Positions 12,412 through 24,497 of a stretch of DNA of 64,000 nucleotides are shown here, piece after piece; within the stretch, counting starts at the first letter, position 1, and each line of letters opens with the position of its first letter. Position numbers and translations under genes: made by a program. This DNA comes from Chiloscyllium plagiosum. Lineage: Eukaryota. A model generated the notes under the pieces. It was not told where the DNA came from. It saw only the letters and a list, made by a program, of their open reading frames with translations, and searched no databases. The DNA is taken from contig NC_057751.1 in the NCBI RefSeq assembly GCF_004010195.1, forward strand, positions 4,534,161 through 4,598,160, in the 5' to 3' direction.

Positions 12412-14346
12412 CAGCTGAGGGAGGTGGTTCTCTGGTCCGGATTAGCACAGCAGGTCAGGCAGCATCTGAGGAGCTGGAAAATCAACGTTTTAGGCGAAAG
12501 CCCTTCATCAGGAATGAGGCTGGGAGCCTCGGCGGGTAGGGGGGGGGGGGGGGAGCTGGAGAGATAGATAGGGTGCCAAATGCTGTGTCAGGGCATTGGG
12601 ACCTTGGAGCGGCCTGACGACAATATCCTGGAGTTGCACATGGCTGGTGTTTGAAAATGGGGTGCCTCGAGAAGGGAGTTTTATTTTGAGTGTTTCTGAT
12701 ATAGTACAGGACCTGGTAATCATGACTGTTACTGCAGCCCTGGGCCATCCAGCTGTGCAGGACATAGGGATGATTTGGACGAGCCGATGTTGGACTGGGG
12801 TGGACCAACAGGTAGGACAGTACTGGTAGGAAGCACTCGCTTTCAGAGCGCTCTCCTTCATCAGGTGGTTCTCGCGACATCTGTCATCAGGACCATTGGG
12901 AGAAATTGCTGGTGGAAGAAAGGATACAAGGATCACTGCTTTATGGAGTGAGAATCAAACAATTAGCATTGCCTCTTTCTGATGCACCACTGGGGAAGAT
13001 GGGAAGGTGTGCTTTTACAAGGAAGAACAAGTGTCCAGGATGAGGCTGGGGAAAGGGGACAAAGATCTTTCCAATTTGCCTGGGGTTATTCTGTCTCTGC
13101 TCAGGCAAGTGATTGGCACATCAGGGATTGGCAGATCCAAGAGTGAGATTTAATAATGGGACTTAGCTGCAGAGGATCCGGGTTACGTGCCTCTGTCTTT
13201 CTTGAAGAAGATCAGGAGTTCCTCTCCATCAGCCTGAGCAGGAAACAGAGTCTGTTCCCGTGGTTAAAGAGACCACCACTCCTCACTGTTAGGGGCTCCA
13301 CTACTTCCTTCAGCACAGTCTCAGGATCAGCAACACATCCTCAGCTCTCACAGGTTGCACGTTTCCTGTCTGCATTCATTAAAGACAGCATTGCCTCAAA
13401 AAGAAACTGCTGTCTCTCAATTAACTTCACCATCAATGTGAAAATTCCTCACAAATGATCAAGTGTCCCCATCTGAGTTACTGTGGTCACAACGTCCTGA
13501 GAATCACACACTGGGGTGTAAATACCACAGACTGGATGGAGTTTGAATGGTCTGGAAGAATCAGACCAGAAGACACACTGGAATCTGAGACTGTCAAGGA
13601 ACATGTTAATGAAGTCCTGATCCCAGACTGAAATCTGGCTTGAAAGGTCATGTGGTTTTGGCTGACGCAAATTCAGGCTTGCATTGCTTTCAACAATAAA
13701 GCAGAAGTTAATTATGCAAAAGACCAAGACAGCAAACAGGATAAACTAAAGTCATCACATCTTACACCATTTGAGAGATTTGGAAACATGTGGTGCAATG
13801 CAATCCTTTCTCTTCCTAACTCCATCACATTCCAATTCTCAAACACAAGAAGTGCTCCTTTCTCTATCACGTTGGTTCCAACGACCTGTTTCTCTCCAAC
13901 GTTTACAATCCCTGTAAACTGCAATCCCCAATTACAAACAAATTCCCATTATCACTCCACACACACTTGCCCTCATGGCGATGAAAAAAAATCACGGCTG
14001 CAGAAATACTGACAAGTTAATCGTTGAACACCCTCATAAACATGGAGCAAAACACACATACCACTTATTCAAAACCCAACTCAAACATGAAGGATATTAT
14101 TATATAAAAGTCACATGCCTGATATTTCATGAAGAAGAAATGAGTTTTTACCTCGTGTCATGTCAAGAACCAAGCCTTGTCTAGCAATGATGACCATGTC
14201 AAGTTATATGTATTCAGTATTTATGGAGAATAAACCATGGCAGTTTGAAGTCTGAAGACCAGTCTGTCTTCTTTGGCAGTTACTTTGCCATCTCTTTGAC
14301 CAGTCTGTCTCTCAGTGTAGCATCAAACCCCTTGAGAAATTACTTC

Positions 14347-15094
14347 TGTTGTGAAAGTGTAGGTGTGTACTGTACTTTGAAGAGAGAGTGAAACCTGGCA
14401 CAGACCTAGGAAAGCACAGAGTGTGCTGAACAATTTAAAAATGTAACATTTGGCTGTGAAACAAATAGCTAAAACTGAGATGCTATATCGCACAACAAAT
14501 TCAAATTTGGTCAATCCATTTACATTATGTCCCAAGATACCAAAATCCAATCGAATATGAATTTTACTGTTTTGACGACATCAAATCAATTAGACAATCC
14601 AATGTTTTTGGGTATAAACATCGGGTATTTTGAACAGTTAGCCAGAGCATTAAGAGTACCAACCAACAGACTGCTCACAGAGACACTCTCTGAAAGATAC
14701 CTTTTCATATGAAGTCTGTGAAGAAAAGACAACCCAGAAAAATCTACAGAGGTAAATACAAAGAGAAGACAGGAAGATACAGAGGAGAATCGACACAACT
14801 CAATGGTTTGGAATTTTGAATTTTTTGTAAATTTTAATTGGAGAGTTCTATCGGATCAGTCTATTGTTGTAGAGTGGGTGGGAGGTCGATAAATTAATCA
14901 AAGGAGGATCACAGTGCTGAAAGTTATTGTTTAATATTATCTTTTTTTTGGATTTAATGAATAAAATGTTATTTTTTTCTTTCAATAGTGGGATTTGGTA
15001 GTTCCTTGTAACTCATGCTTTTACGGATTATGAGGTGAAGTGAGTTTCTCTGTGGGTCTGATTTAAATTAACACGTTTACCCCATATCATAACA
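14347..15094 (+). mobile_element. Solo LTR (748 bp) of an LTR retrotransposon or ERV
   Basis: Starts TGTTGTGA and ends TCATAACA (7/8 inverted match, TG...CA); 4-bp TSD CTTC at 14343-14346 and 15095-15098; TATAAA 14613-14618 and AATAAA 14960-14965. Confidence 0.8.
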
Positions 15095-17332
15095 CTTCCT
15101 CAAGCTGCGAATTGTCACTTTTGAGAAGGAAGGGTCAAACAAGTAGCAATTTAAAATAATAAAGTGTCAGAAAATGGGAGCAACTACAGCCAGCTCAGGC
15201 CTGTCCAACCCCTGGGGGAAATGTTGTAAACTGTGATCCCTCTCACTGCTCCTGTTATCAGGGGATGGGCAGAGGGCTGCTCTCCCACTCATACAGAGAT
15301 TTCTGTTTAACATGCATACTGTCTGCTCTGAGACTGAATGGGAAGCCTCCCTATCACTGTAAAAACACAGAGCACTGGAGAGAGAAAGTCAACAACATGT
15401 GTGGTGAGGGAAACCAGGTTAACATTTCCAGTCTGGTATGACCCGTTCTCAGAGGGAGGATCACCTCGGTGCACTCAGTGACTCCAGGCCAGCTGTGTGG
15501 TTTCAGAGGGACTTTGTTGGACCATGGAGAATTCTAAGGGGTTAACTGCACCACATCATTGTCATGTTGACCCATCCGTCCCCCCTTCCACAAAGCAGGT
15601 CATTGGGTCATCTCTCAGGCTGTGATTCTAACCTGCACAGTCATGGCTGCTGGGCTGTTTTCCTTTGACCTGACCTCCAATCAGCAATGGGCATCTTGGT
15701 GTTCTGATAGGTGCTTTGGTGAATTGGTGAATGCGCCCCCCCCCACCACCTCCCCATCCAGTTCTTGCACCACCTGTACACCCTGTGTCAGAGGCAGCTC
15801 CAGGTAACTCCCTAACCAAGCCTCCAAGTTGCACCACCCTTGAGGGACAGGAGGATTCGATGGCCCTTGGGTTGTGTCACTGTTTGGGGGAGGGGGGTGC
15901 TGATTGTGATCTGGGGGTCAGTTCTGCACATTGCAGGAAGTGCACTGAGCTCCTGTCTCTGCTGGTGCTTTGTGGGCGAGACTGACCATCCTTCTGGATA
16001 GTGACTGCTGTCTTCCTCTGACAGCTCACTGCAAGCCCATTCAATTTCAAAAATACACTTCATTCATATCAGGAGATCAGTTCAATTTGCACGCAGTCTT
16101 TATACACGTCAAGCAAACAAAACCAAAGGCATTTCTTACTTGTACAAAACTATATTTATACACGTTGGAGAAAGTGGGATGGTGCAATAACTGAACAGAC
16201 CCCTATTTAATTTCAGCAGAAAGGCCTCAGACAGCAGTCTTCCCCCACTGCACTTAGCTGCCCTGAGCTTTAGTGCATTCCTCAGCACGTAGCCTGGACC
16301 TTGGGATGTTTCAGTCTGTAATACTCAGTCAGGGTCATCTCCTGGCTCTGGAAGACCAACAAATCTTGGGCAGACCAAAGAGAGTCTTTCACTGAGTTGA
16401 CAATCCTGTTCCATAATCATGTTCTCGATGAGTACATTTCTCTCTCTCTCAGACAGATGATTCCATCCCCCTGTTCACAGTCACTGCGAATGCAGACATC
16501 ACTGCTACACCATGTTCCACATCACCTTCTCATTCTCCTGTCTCCTTCTCACACAGCCTCACATTCCAAGAATGAATGCAGACGGACATTCTTTCTCACA
16601 TTCTTGAATCTCAAGGGTGTGGTGGTGCGTGATCAAAGAATGGCAAACAACAGACTGACACAGTTTAATGGAGAGAGTGAGAGAGAGATACATCTGGAAA
16701 AAAACCCACTGCGGACATTAACAACATTTAAAAGGCATTTGGATAAATACAGGGATAGGAGTGGATTAGAAGGGTATGGGCCAAGTGCAGGGAAATGGGG
16801 TTGGTGTGGATGGACATTTCAGTTGGCATGGACCAGTTTGGGTCAAAGGGCCTATCTCTGTGCTGTAGGACTCTATGACTCCATGACAAGAACATACTCA
16901 GAAAGCATTGGCGCTCAAGAGAATGAAGACTCAATGGTGAAAGGTTGAGAGGGAGGGCTGAGAAATTAATAAGATAAATGGGATTGTGATCCCTCTGGAA
17001 AGTCTGGCAATACAGCTGAAGTTTTGCACTCATTGGGAGAAGGAATGCCAAATGCCAACATGTTAAACCATCAAACAGCAAACCACCAGGTGCTTGTGGC
17101 CTCGGGTTTCTTCCTACCTCACCAGCCCTCAAACAGCAAGCTCCTTAACAGGCACTGTCCTTCCTTCTGCCTGCTCTTGGACTCAGAAGTCACCTCTTCT
17201 CCTGGGCCTTGGCTTTCACAAAACTGTGCAAGACATGGCTGAGGTAGTAACCTGGAGGAAGGACCAATTCCAGCCAGCACCCAACAAGCTCAGAGGGACA
17301 GAAAGGTATGGGGGGGCAGCAGAGGGGAGAAT

Positions 17333-17368
<36 letters not shown>

Positions 17369-18109
17369 AAGAGAGAGGGAAAGAGAGAGAGCAAGAGAAA
17401 ATCCACAGGAGGACTTCAGGAGCAGAGTCACACATATGGAGAAAACCAGAAAAGGACAAACATCACTTTGTGCATTAATTTAATCACAAGTCTGTTTGAC
17501 AGCTTCAGAATAATGAGGGAGTGTTGGAGAGGGTACCCAAACGGGGAATGCTTGATGAGGGCTAGCACCAGGAAATTGCCCTTCCAGGTGACTAGCAAGG
17601 CAGACATGGAGAGGATGTGGGTGATCGAGATTGAGAGGTCATAGTTTTAGGATAAGTGGGTAGCAAATTTTGAACAGATGAGGCTAAATTACTTCTCACA
17701 ATGGATCATGATTTGGTGCAATTAACCACATCAAAGTGTGGTGGATGCCGGGTCATTGAATAAGTTTAAGGAGGAGATTTTTAATTAATAATAGGTTGAA
17801 GGGTTATGGGGAGCGAGTATGGTAAATTTGAATATATTACTACAAAGTAATCCATGTTGTGCAAGTGTAAGGTCTGGGTTGCGTGCTCGAGTCAGCCTTG
17901 CGTGACTGCAGCCTGTCAAGTGACAAAAAGGTGAAGAAAGATGACCATGGCACAACGTAAGGGTCTGCACCAATCCAGAAGACAGCTGTGGCAGAGTCTG
18001 ATTGGTTAAGAGGATATAATGTAGGCTTAGTGCGGTTGGTTATGCTAATGTAATGTGGCCAACAGAGCAGTCAACCCTGAAAAGCCCATTAACAGTGAGA
18101 GTACTCTAA

Positions 18110-18612
18110 TGTTTTACTATAGGAAAGATACAGAGGCTTTGGAGAGGGTGCAAATAAGGTTTACCAGGATGCTGCCTGGACTGGAGGGCTTGTCTTATGA
18201 AGAAAGGTTGAATAAGCTCAGACTTTTCTCTCTGGAGAGAAGGAGGAGGGGAGGAGACCTGATCGAGGTGTACAAAATAATGAGAGTCAATAGCCAGAGA
18301 CTTTTCCCAAGGCAGGATTGACTGGTACAAGGAGTCATAGTTTGAAATTATCAGGAGGAAGGTATAAAGGAGACGTCAGAGGTAGGTTTTTTTACGCAGA
18401 GAGTTGTGAATGTATGGAATGTGTTGCCAGCTGTGGTGGTGGAAGCAGAGTCTTTGGGGACATTTAAGCGACTGCTGGACATGCGCATGGATAGCAGTGA
18501 GTTGAGGGGTGCGTAGGTTAAATTCCTATATTTGACATTAGGATTAAACCTCAGCACAACATTGTGGGCCAAAGGGCCTGTTCTGTGCTGTACTTTTCTA
18601 TGTTCTATGTTT
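18110..18612 (+). mobile_element. CR1 LINE 3' fragment
   Basis: RKD.EALERVQ.RFTRMLPGL...[18 protein letters not shown] and (TTCTATG) tail. Confidence 0.9.
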
Positions 18613-19869
18613 ACGTTGTTCTAAAAGTCACGCCCTACCCCTGTTACAACCCAGACCTTACACTTGCACAACATGGATTACTTTGTAGTAATATATTCAA
18701 ATTTACTATACCCGCTCCCCATAACCCTTCAACCTATTGTTGGTTTGCAAAGAAAGACTTATGATTTTGAGGAATTCTCTGCATCTCCTGGTCATTCCTC
18801 AAAGGTGCTATCAACCACAACACGGGCAGGAAAGTGGGGTTGAAGCCGAGATGAGATCAGCCATGATGGCATTGATTGGCGGAGCAGCTTCAAGGGGACG
18901 AATGGTCTCCTCCTGCTCTGGATCTTACATTATTTTGAAAACAAAAGGGGAACTTCCACTAATAGGCAATTGATGCCCTGAATTTTGTCTGTGTTTCCAA
19001 TGAGACAGAGATTGTCACATTTGGAAAGGGAAGTGGCTAGAAAAGGACACAGGCAGATGAAAGCAGCAGCGCTGGTTAATGGTGAAGAGACTCTGGTTTA
19101 TACAGTGACATGGGTAAGCACAGATTCAGCTCCCCACCACAACTCCCTTGAAGCATCCATTCCCTTGTCTACCCTATGACACAAAAGCTTTCTCAAGCCA
19201 TTGAAATGATCTATCGCTCGGTAAAAGCGAGAATCCATGATTCAAGAATTAGTCCCAGGAACATCTCAGAAATCACCATACCATCAGGCAGACCTTCTTA
19301 AGAAAGGGAATTTGTGTCTGACAAGATGTTTGGAGTCAAGAACAAAGGCAGAAATTGCTGGGAAAACTCAGCAGGTCTGTCAGCATTCTGTGGAGAGAAA
19401 GCAGAGTTAACATTTCGGGTCCAGTGACCCTTCCTCACAACACTTTGGAGATCTTTGGGGTTTTTTGAACATAAAATCAGGAGGGTGGATAAAGGGGAAT
19501 TTCTGGATGTGGTGCATTGTGACTTCTGAAGGATCATGTACCGTATGCAAGATCACGGCCCAACTCCAGAACTCTGAGCATTGAGAGAGACACATTTGGA
19601 CTGTTGGCCAGTGAACAGGAAAGGGAGAATCAGAGCCAAAGGGGCATTTTCAGGTTGGGAGACTGTAAACAGCAGAGTTTCACAGGGATCAGTGCTCAGA
19701 CAATGTGTACGAGGGATAAGGATGTGGGGAAAGCCAGTAGTGTAGGCTGTTTCATTCATGCTCCAACACTAGGTGGCAAAGCTAATTGTGAGGCAGTCGC
19801 AAAGAGTCTGTGAATGGAAGGGAGTGGGTGAGAATGTGGCACGGGCCATAACATGGGAAAATGTGAGAG

Positions 19870-20600
19870 TGTCCAAGTTGATGTGATGAACAGAAAAGCG
19901 GAATAGTAATGAAAGTGAATGAGGCGACAGAAGAATTTGAAAATCCTTGTGCATGAACCACAAAAAGGTCAGTCTGCAGGGTTAAGGAGAGATTAGGATC
20001 GAAACACAACATTGTTAAGGCATGAGGTTATGAATGCAATGAAGGCTTCCAACAACTGTTTGGGTCATTGGTGAGACTGCACGGATCTGATAAAGTGGTC
20101 TTTCGACCTCCTTTCTGAAGGATGGATGGATTTGCAGTGGGAGCCTTTCAGGGAAGACTCTCCCAAATGGTTCCTGGAGTGGAGGGATTTGACTTGTGGG
20201 GAAATGTTGAGCAGCCTGGGTCACACTCCCTGGGGTTGAGAAGATGCAAGGTGACCTTATTGAAATGATGTTCAGATTCAAAGGTGGGGCTTGGCAGGGT
20301 AGACGCTGAGAGACACTTGACCTTTGGGAGGGAATCTGGAACGGGGGAATCATGGTTCAAAGGTAACAGACTGCCCATTGAAGAGAGAAATGAGGAGTAA
20401 TTCCGTCTCAAATAGGGTCACTGGTCTGCCAGATTCTCTACCCTAGAGGTTGGCTATTGAAGATATTCAAGGCTGAGTCAGCCAGATCTTTGATGAACGA
20501 GTATTTTAAGGTGAATGAGGTTTGGTGGAGGGACACAGTCACAATTATGTTGAATGGTGGAGTAGGCATGAATAGCCGACTGCTCCTAACCTGCATGACC
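19870..20600 (+). mobile_element. Old, highly degenerate CR1 fragment
   Basis: Residual ggtgaccttattgaaat and aatgaggagtaattcc motifs and tgaatggtggagtaggc tail. Confidence 0.55.
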
Positions 20601-21650
20601 TTCAGGAGCCAGGCCCAACAGAAATAAGAAGCAAAGTCACCTTGGGTGTAAAGGAGCCATTGTGTCTTGTTATTCCCCAAGGAATTCCCAGTGTTGGGAA
20701 CGGAAGTGTTGTTGGTGTGATCATTATCCTTGCCTGTCTCTACATTTCTCCTGAGCTGCAGGCACTGTCTACCTTCAATACCACTTTGTCAAAATAAAAT
20801 TGTCTTCGACTTGTTTTCAGTTTCCTGGTCAAAGGTGAGTGAGGGCAGGCAATGAAGCACTCAGAACCACCAAGAGTTGGGCTCCAATGCTGAGATTAAG
20901 GGCTGCTTGTTGGAGATCGGGAAAATCCCCGAACACTTTGTTGTGGGGCAGACATGTCAACTTGTGTAATGTTGTGCTTCTGTCTCTGTATGGTGAAGAG
21001 TCCAATCACATAATGACAGTGCCACTTTCTCTAACCATGCTGCTTGCACAGTGAACACCTCTACCATAAAGCTCCTGCTGCTTAATGCTACATCCTGCTG
21101 GTTGTTAACGTGCTGGAATCCTGAAAATCTGGAAATGAGGACCAAGCAATTCCAATTCATGATGAATAATTCCTGAACAGGAATTCGGGAGAAACCTCTT
21201 CAGCCAGAGTGTGTGTAGAATCCATAAGCAATGAGAAAGTGGTTATGGTGAACAGTAATTGAAAGTGAGGGACGTGCTGGCGAGCTGAAAGGGTTTGTGG
21301 ATAGCATTGGTGCCAGCACATGGGCCAAAGAGATGGCAGCTGTATCGTTCACTCAGACCCTCTCAGGGATAGGAATGCACAATCAATGCATCAGCATGGC
21401 ACAGTCAGGGAAGCCACTGCACCAGCCTCAGTGACTCACTCATTGGCATGGTTACACTACACTGCTGGCCATCTCACAGAATGTGCAAGTGGGACAAAGC
21501 ACTTCAGCTTTCTCCTCCCTGAGCAACCACTTCCCCACGACTTTCTAGGGAGTTTTATTACAGCTTAAATAAAGAAATACTCTTTTTTCTGGTGAACTGG
21601 GGATGAGGACAGCACAGAGGTGGCTGGCACTTTCCTGTTCCTCCCTCCAG

Positions 21651-21713
21651 TTTATTGTTACAAAAATGCACAAACGTACAGGAAACCGTAAGACAGAGTT
21701 TCTTATTTTTATT
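21651..21713 (-). promoter_or_regulatory. Candidate polyadenylation signals of the ADAM gene (AATAAA at 21708-21713 and 21651-21656; another at 21554-21559)
   Basis: tttatt on + strand about 340-400 nt past the stop codon, in non-repetitive AU-rich sequence. Confidence 0.6.
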
Positions 21714-22054
21714 CAGGAACAAGTGGACTTTTGACAGGTACCTTTAAATACAAGTATTCCCAAGACCAAAGAAACAGCAGAGAATCCTGTGGATAGTTCC
21801 AATGATTCACAACAACAATGCCCTCCCGATACTCTGCCACCTTCCCTCCTGGACAGGCAGGCTGATCATTCCTGCCACTTTAGCTCTCTCTTTAATGAGA
21901 GCTCCATGGAGTGAACACAGGTCCTGTGCAAACAGATAGTCTGCCTTCCACTTAGCTTTGATATGTTGCAGCGCCTTCTAGCCTGTCCAAGGGGCAGGAG
22001 ATACAGGATAACCCCTGAGGGCTTCGTGTTGCTCACTTTCCTCCCCGGTATCAC

Positions 22055-22087
22055 TCAGTTCCTTGGTCTTGTTGGAGGCATCAGCAC
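22055..22087 (-). CDS. adam8: ADAM8-like terminal coding exon: VLMPPTRPRN*
   Basis: Acceptor tctgggtatttag; phase 0; TGA at 22055-22057; resembles the ADAM8 C-terminal V.LKPP motif; poly(A) signals follow. Confidence 0.75.
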   Translation of the reverse strand: MLMPPTRPRN

Positions 22088-22409
22088 CTAAATACCCAGA
22101 TAACAAGAATGGTCAATGCACTCTTACCTACATTGATCCTGCTGTCTTTTATCCCTTCAGTGTCGCTCTCTGCCTCATTCTCCCCTTCTTGCCAGTCAGA
22201 TTTTAGTGACATCCTGGGTCTCATTGCGATAGGGCTTTGTGGAATGTTCCAATGACCCTCTCAGCCGAGAGGCCCAACAGCCTGAGTTTGAACAAGTGGC
22301 TCATTTTTGCAAACCACATTGGATGTGCAATATTTGGACCAAGGAGGAACATTTTCAAAACTGCTTTCAATCCTTTGATGACCAATTTCGGTTTGAGATT
22401 GATGTCTGA

Positions 22410-22735
22410 GGGGAGGTGACGGTCTAGTGGCATTTCAGCAGACTGTGACTCAGAGACCCTGGTCACGTACTGGGGATGTGGGTTCAAATCCTGTCGTGGC
22501 AGGTGGTTGAATGCAAATCTCAAACTGAGAGTCTAATGAGGACCATGAATCCATTGTCAACTGTTGGGAAAATCCCCATCTGGTTCACTAATGACCTTTA
22601 CGGAAGGATCTGCCATCCTTACCTGGGTCTGGCCTACATGTGACCCACAGAAATATGGCTGACTTTTAACTGTTCTCTGGGCAGTTAGGGATGGGCAATA
22701 AATGTTGGCCCTCATCCCGTGAATGAATAAAAAAA
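22410..22735 (+). mobile_element. Second abundant tRNA-SINE family; copies at about 640-760, 25276-25560, 34590-34915, 42580-42790, 58270-58565 and 61070-61395/61920-62010
   Basis: B box GGTTCAAATCC, core ccatctggttcactaatg...ggaagga..tctgccatccttacct; 3' gggatgggcaataaatg shared with the 2030-type LINE. Confidence 0.75.
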
Positions 22736-23329
22736 TATCAACTTTGTGCACATTCTAAAGTCATTCTTCATTGTACAAAGTCCGAAAATCCAGAAATGAA
22801 TTGGGGCTGATCGTCAGTATGGTCTCTTTATCCTCACGTTAGAGGCTTCATTCCCATCAGTCACTCTCCCTTACTCATGCAGCGAAAGATGATGGCTTTT
22901 CCCCTGAGAGAGAAGGGGGATTCCTGCAGTGAGGGATGGATTGGGGATTGTGTGGCAATTTCCTCCTGTTTACAGGGACAGGAGCAATGGTCCAGCCCAG
23001 CCTGGTGGGGATTAACATTAACTCATTGCTGGATTACAAACACCAACCTTCACCAAGGCCTGGGAGAGACCAATGCACTGAAGGACTAAGACTTGCAATG
23101 ACTCTCCTGACCTCAGGTTTCTGGAGCTGCACTTGAACCCACAACCTCCTGGGGAGCAGCCAGCACTGAGGTAGAGTAAGGATTGAGCCAGACAGGCAGT
23201 GAGTCTGCTAGCCCTTTGCTGGAAGCTTCTTCCCAGGTCCTGTGATGGAGCGGTGCCCTGGAAACCATGGTCTGACATGGTCCAGCAAGTTAATCAGCTG
23301 ATCCAAACTGCTACAGAAATGATCCAAAC

Positions 23330-23860
23330 ACAGACTGCAGGAGCTGGAAGAGGCCATTTGGCCATTCAAGCCTGCTGTGCTGTTCAATATGATCATGGCT
23401 GATCCTCGATCTCAACCCATTCTCAATCCCATGCCCTTCAAACCCTTTGGCCCAATGAACTACATCTAACTCCTTCTTGATAACATTCAATGTTTCAGCC
23501 TCAAACTCTTTCAGTGACAGTGAATCCCACAGGCTCCCCACTCTCTGGGTGAAGACATTTCTCCACAGCTCAGTCCTACGCTGTGTCCTCAGACTGTGAG
23601 CCCTGGATCTGGACCCCCTGCTCAGCAGGAACATCCATCCCATGTTTACCTTGTTACAGGACATTAGTATTTGATCGGTTGTTTTGTATGAGATTCCACC
23701 CCCCCACCTCCATTCTTCTCAACACCAGTGAATATGGTCCTAACTGATCCAGTCTCCCTTCATACATGAGTCCTGCCATCCCAGGACTCAGTCTGGTAAA
23801 CCTTCACTGTAGTCCTGACATCCCCTGAACATCCTCCCTCAGGTAAGCAGACCAAAACAA
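23330..23860 (-). mobile_element. CR1 LINE 3' fragment
   Basis: ORF track RNVFTQRV..LW.SL; tail ccattcaagcctgct. Confidence 0.8.
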
Positions 23861-23997
23861 GGAGACATGATGTGTAGACTGCACACACATACCAGTTTGG
23901 TTTCAGAAAGGTGGTTCATCAAATGCTGGTGTTGCAGGCAATGCCCAAGCCCCCTAAAACAAGAATGTTACACATGACCACGACAGTGTGCCCTGAC

Positions 23998-24063
23998 CTT
24001 GGAGCTGGGGGGCTGCGGAGGTTTCATTCCTGGTGGCTTTGGGGGTGCTCTCGCAACATGGGG
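23998..24063 (-). CDS. adam8: ADAM8-like Pro-rich cytoplasmic exon: PHVARAPPKPPGMKPPQPPSSK
   Basis: Acceptor ttgttttgtctttgcag, donor gtcagg; 66 nt, phase 0-0; PxxP-rich as in ADAM8 tails. Confidence 0.82.
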
Positions 24064-24279
24064 CTGCAAAGACAAAACAATTAAAAAAAACACAAGTGTT
24101 AATGTGGGCTGATTAGGGTCAGAGGGAAAATGCACAGACTCAAATCCATTCATTTCCTCATGAATGCAAACCTAATAAATTACAGCTTGTGTGGGGATGG
24201 ATTAGATGGAGGAATCTTTCCTACTTTATAAATCGCCTATTACCAAATGACAGGCTGTGATTAGCAGTCTGGAATCCAG

Positions 24280-24497
24280 ATCCTGGATTAGTGGTGCTGG
24301 AAAAGCACAGCAGTTCAGGCAGCATCTGAGGAGCAGTAAAATCGATGTTTCAGGCAAAATACTGTATTCCTGATGAAGGGCTTGGCCTGAAACATCGATT
24401 TTCCTGCTCCTCGGATGCTGCCTGAACTGCTGTGCTTTTCCAGCACCACTAATCCAGAATCTGGTGTCCAGCATCCGCAGTCATTGATTTTACCTAA
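24280..24497. mobile_element. Palindromic PLE-end insertion with 12-bp TSD TCTGGAATCCAG (24268-24279 / 24498-24509)
   Basis: 80-bp inverted arms 24276-24355 / 24385-24464; CTGATGAAGGGC...GAAAC motif. Confidence 0.8.

Noticed and set aside
12950..14340. ORFs beside the solo LTR considered as gag/pol remnants
   Set aside because: No protease, RT, RNase H or integrase motifs; the TSD directly flanks the LTR, so it is solo.
20708..20722. 15-nt exact match to the start of the ADAM catalytic exon (DHTNN)
   Set aside because: The match does not extend, and a few 15-mers are expected by chance in a 64-kb self-comparison.
1..21500. Looked for a miR-202 hairpin or homeobox gene (neighbours of mammalian ADAM8) and neurofilament genes (neighbours of ADAM28)
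   Set aside because: No matching sequence seen by eye; synteny is uninformative in this window.
24276..24464. Palindromes or short repeats as CRISPR arrays or DNA-transposon MITEs
   Set aside because: No repeat-spacer periodicity and a eukaryotic context; arms match PLE 3' ends and TSD lengths vary (11-14 bp), unlike cut-and-paste elements.
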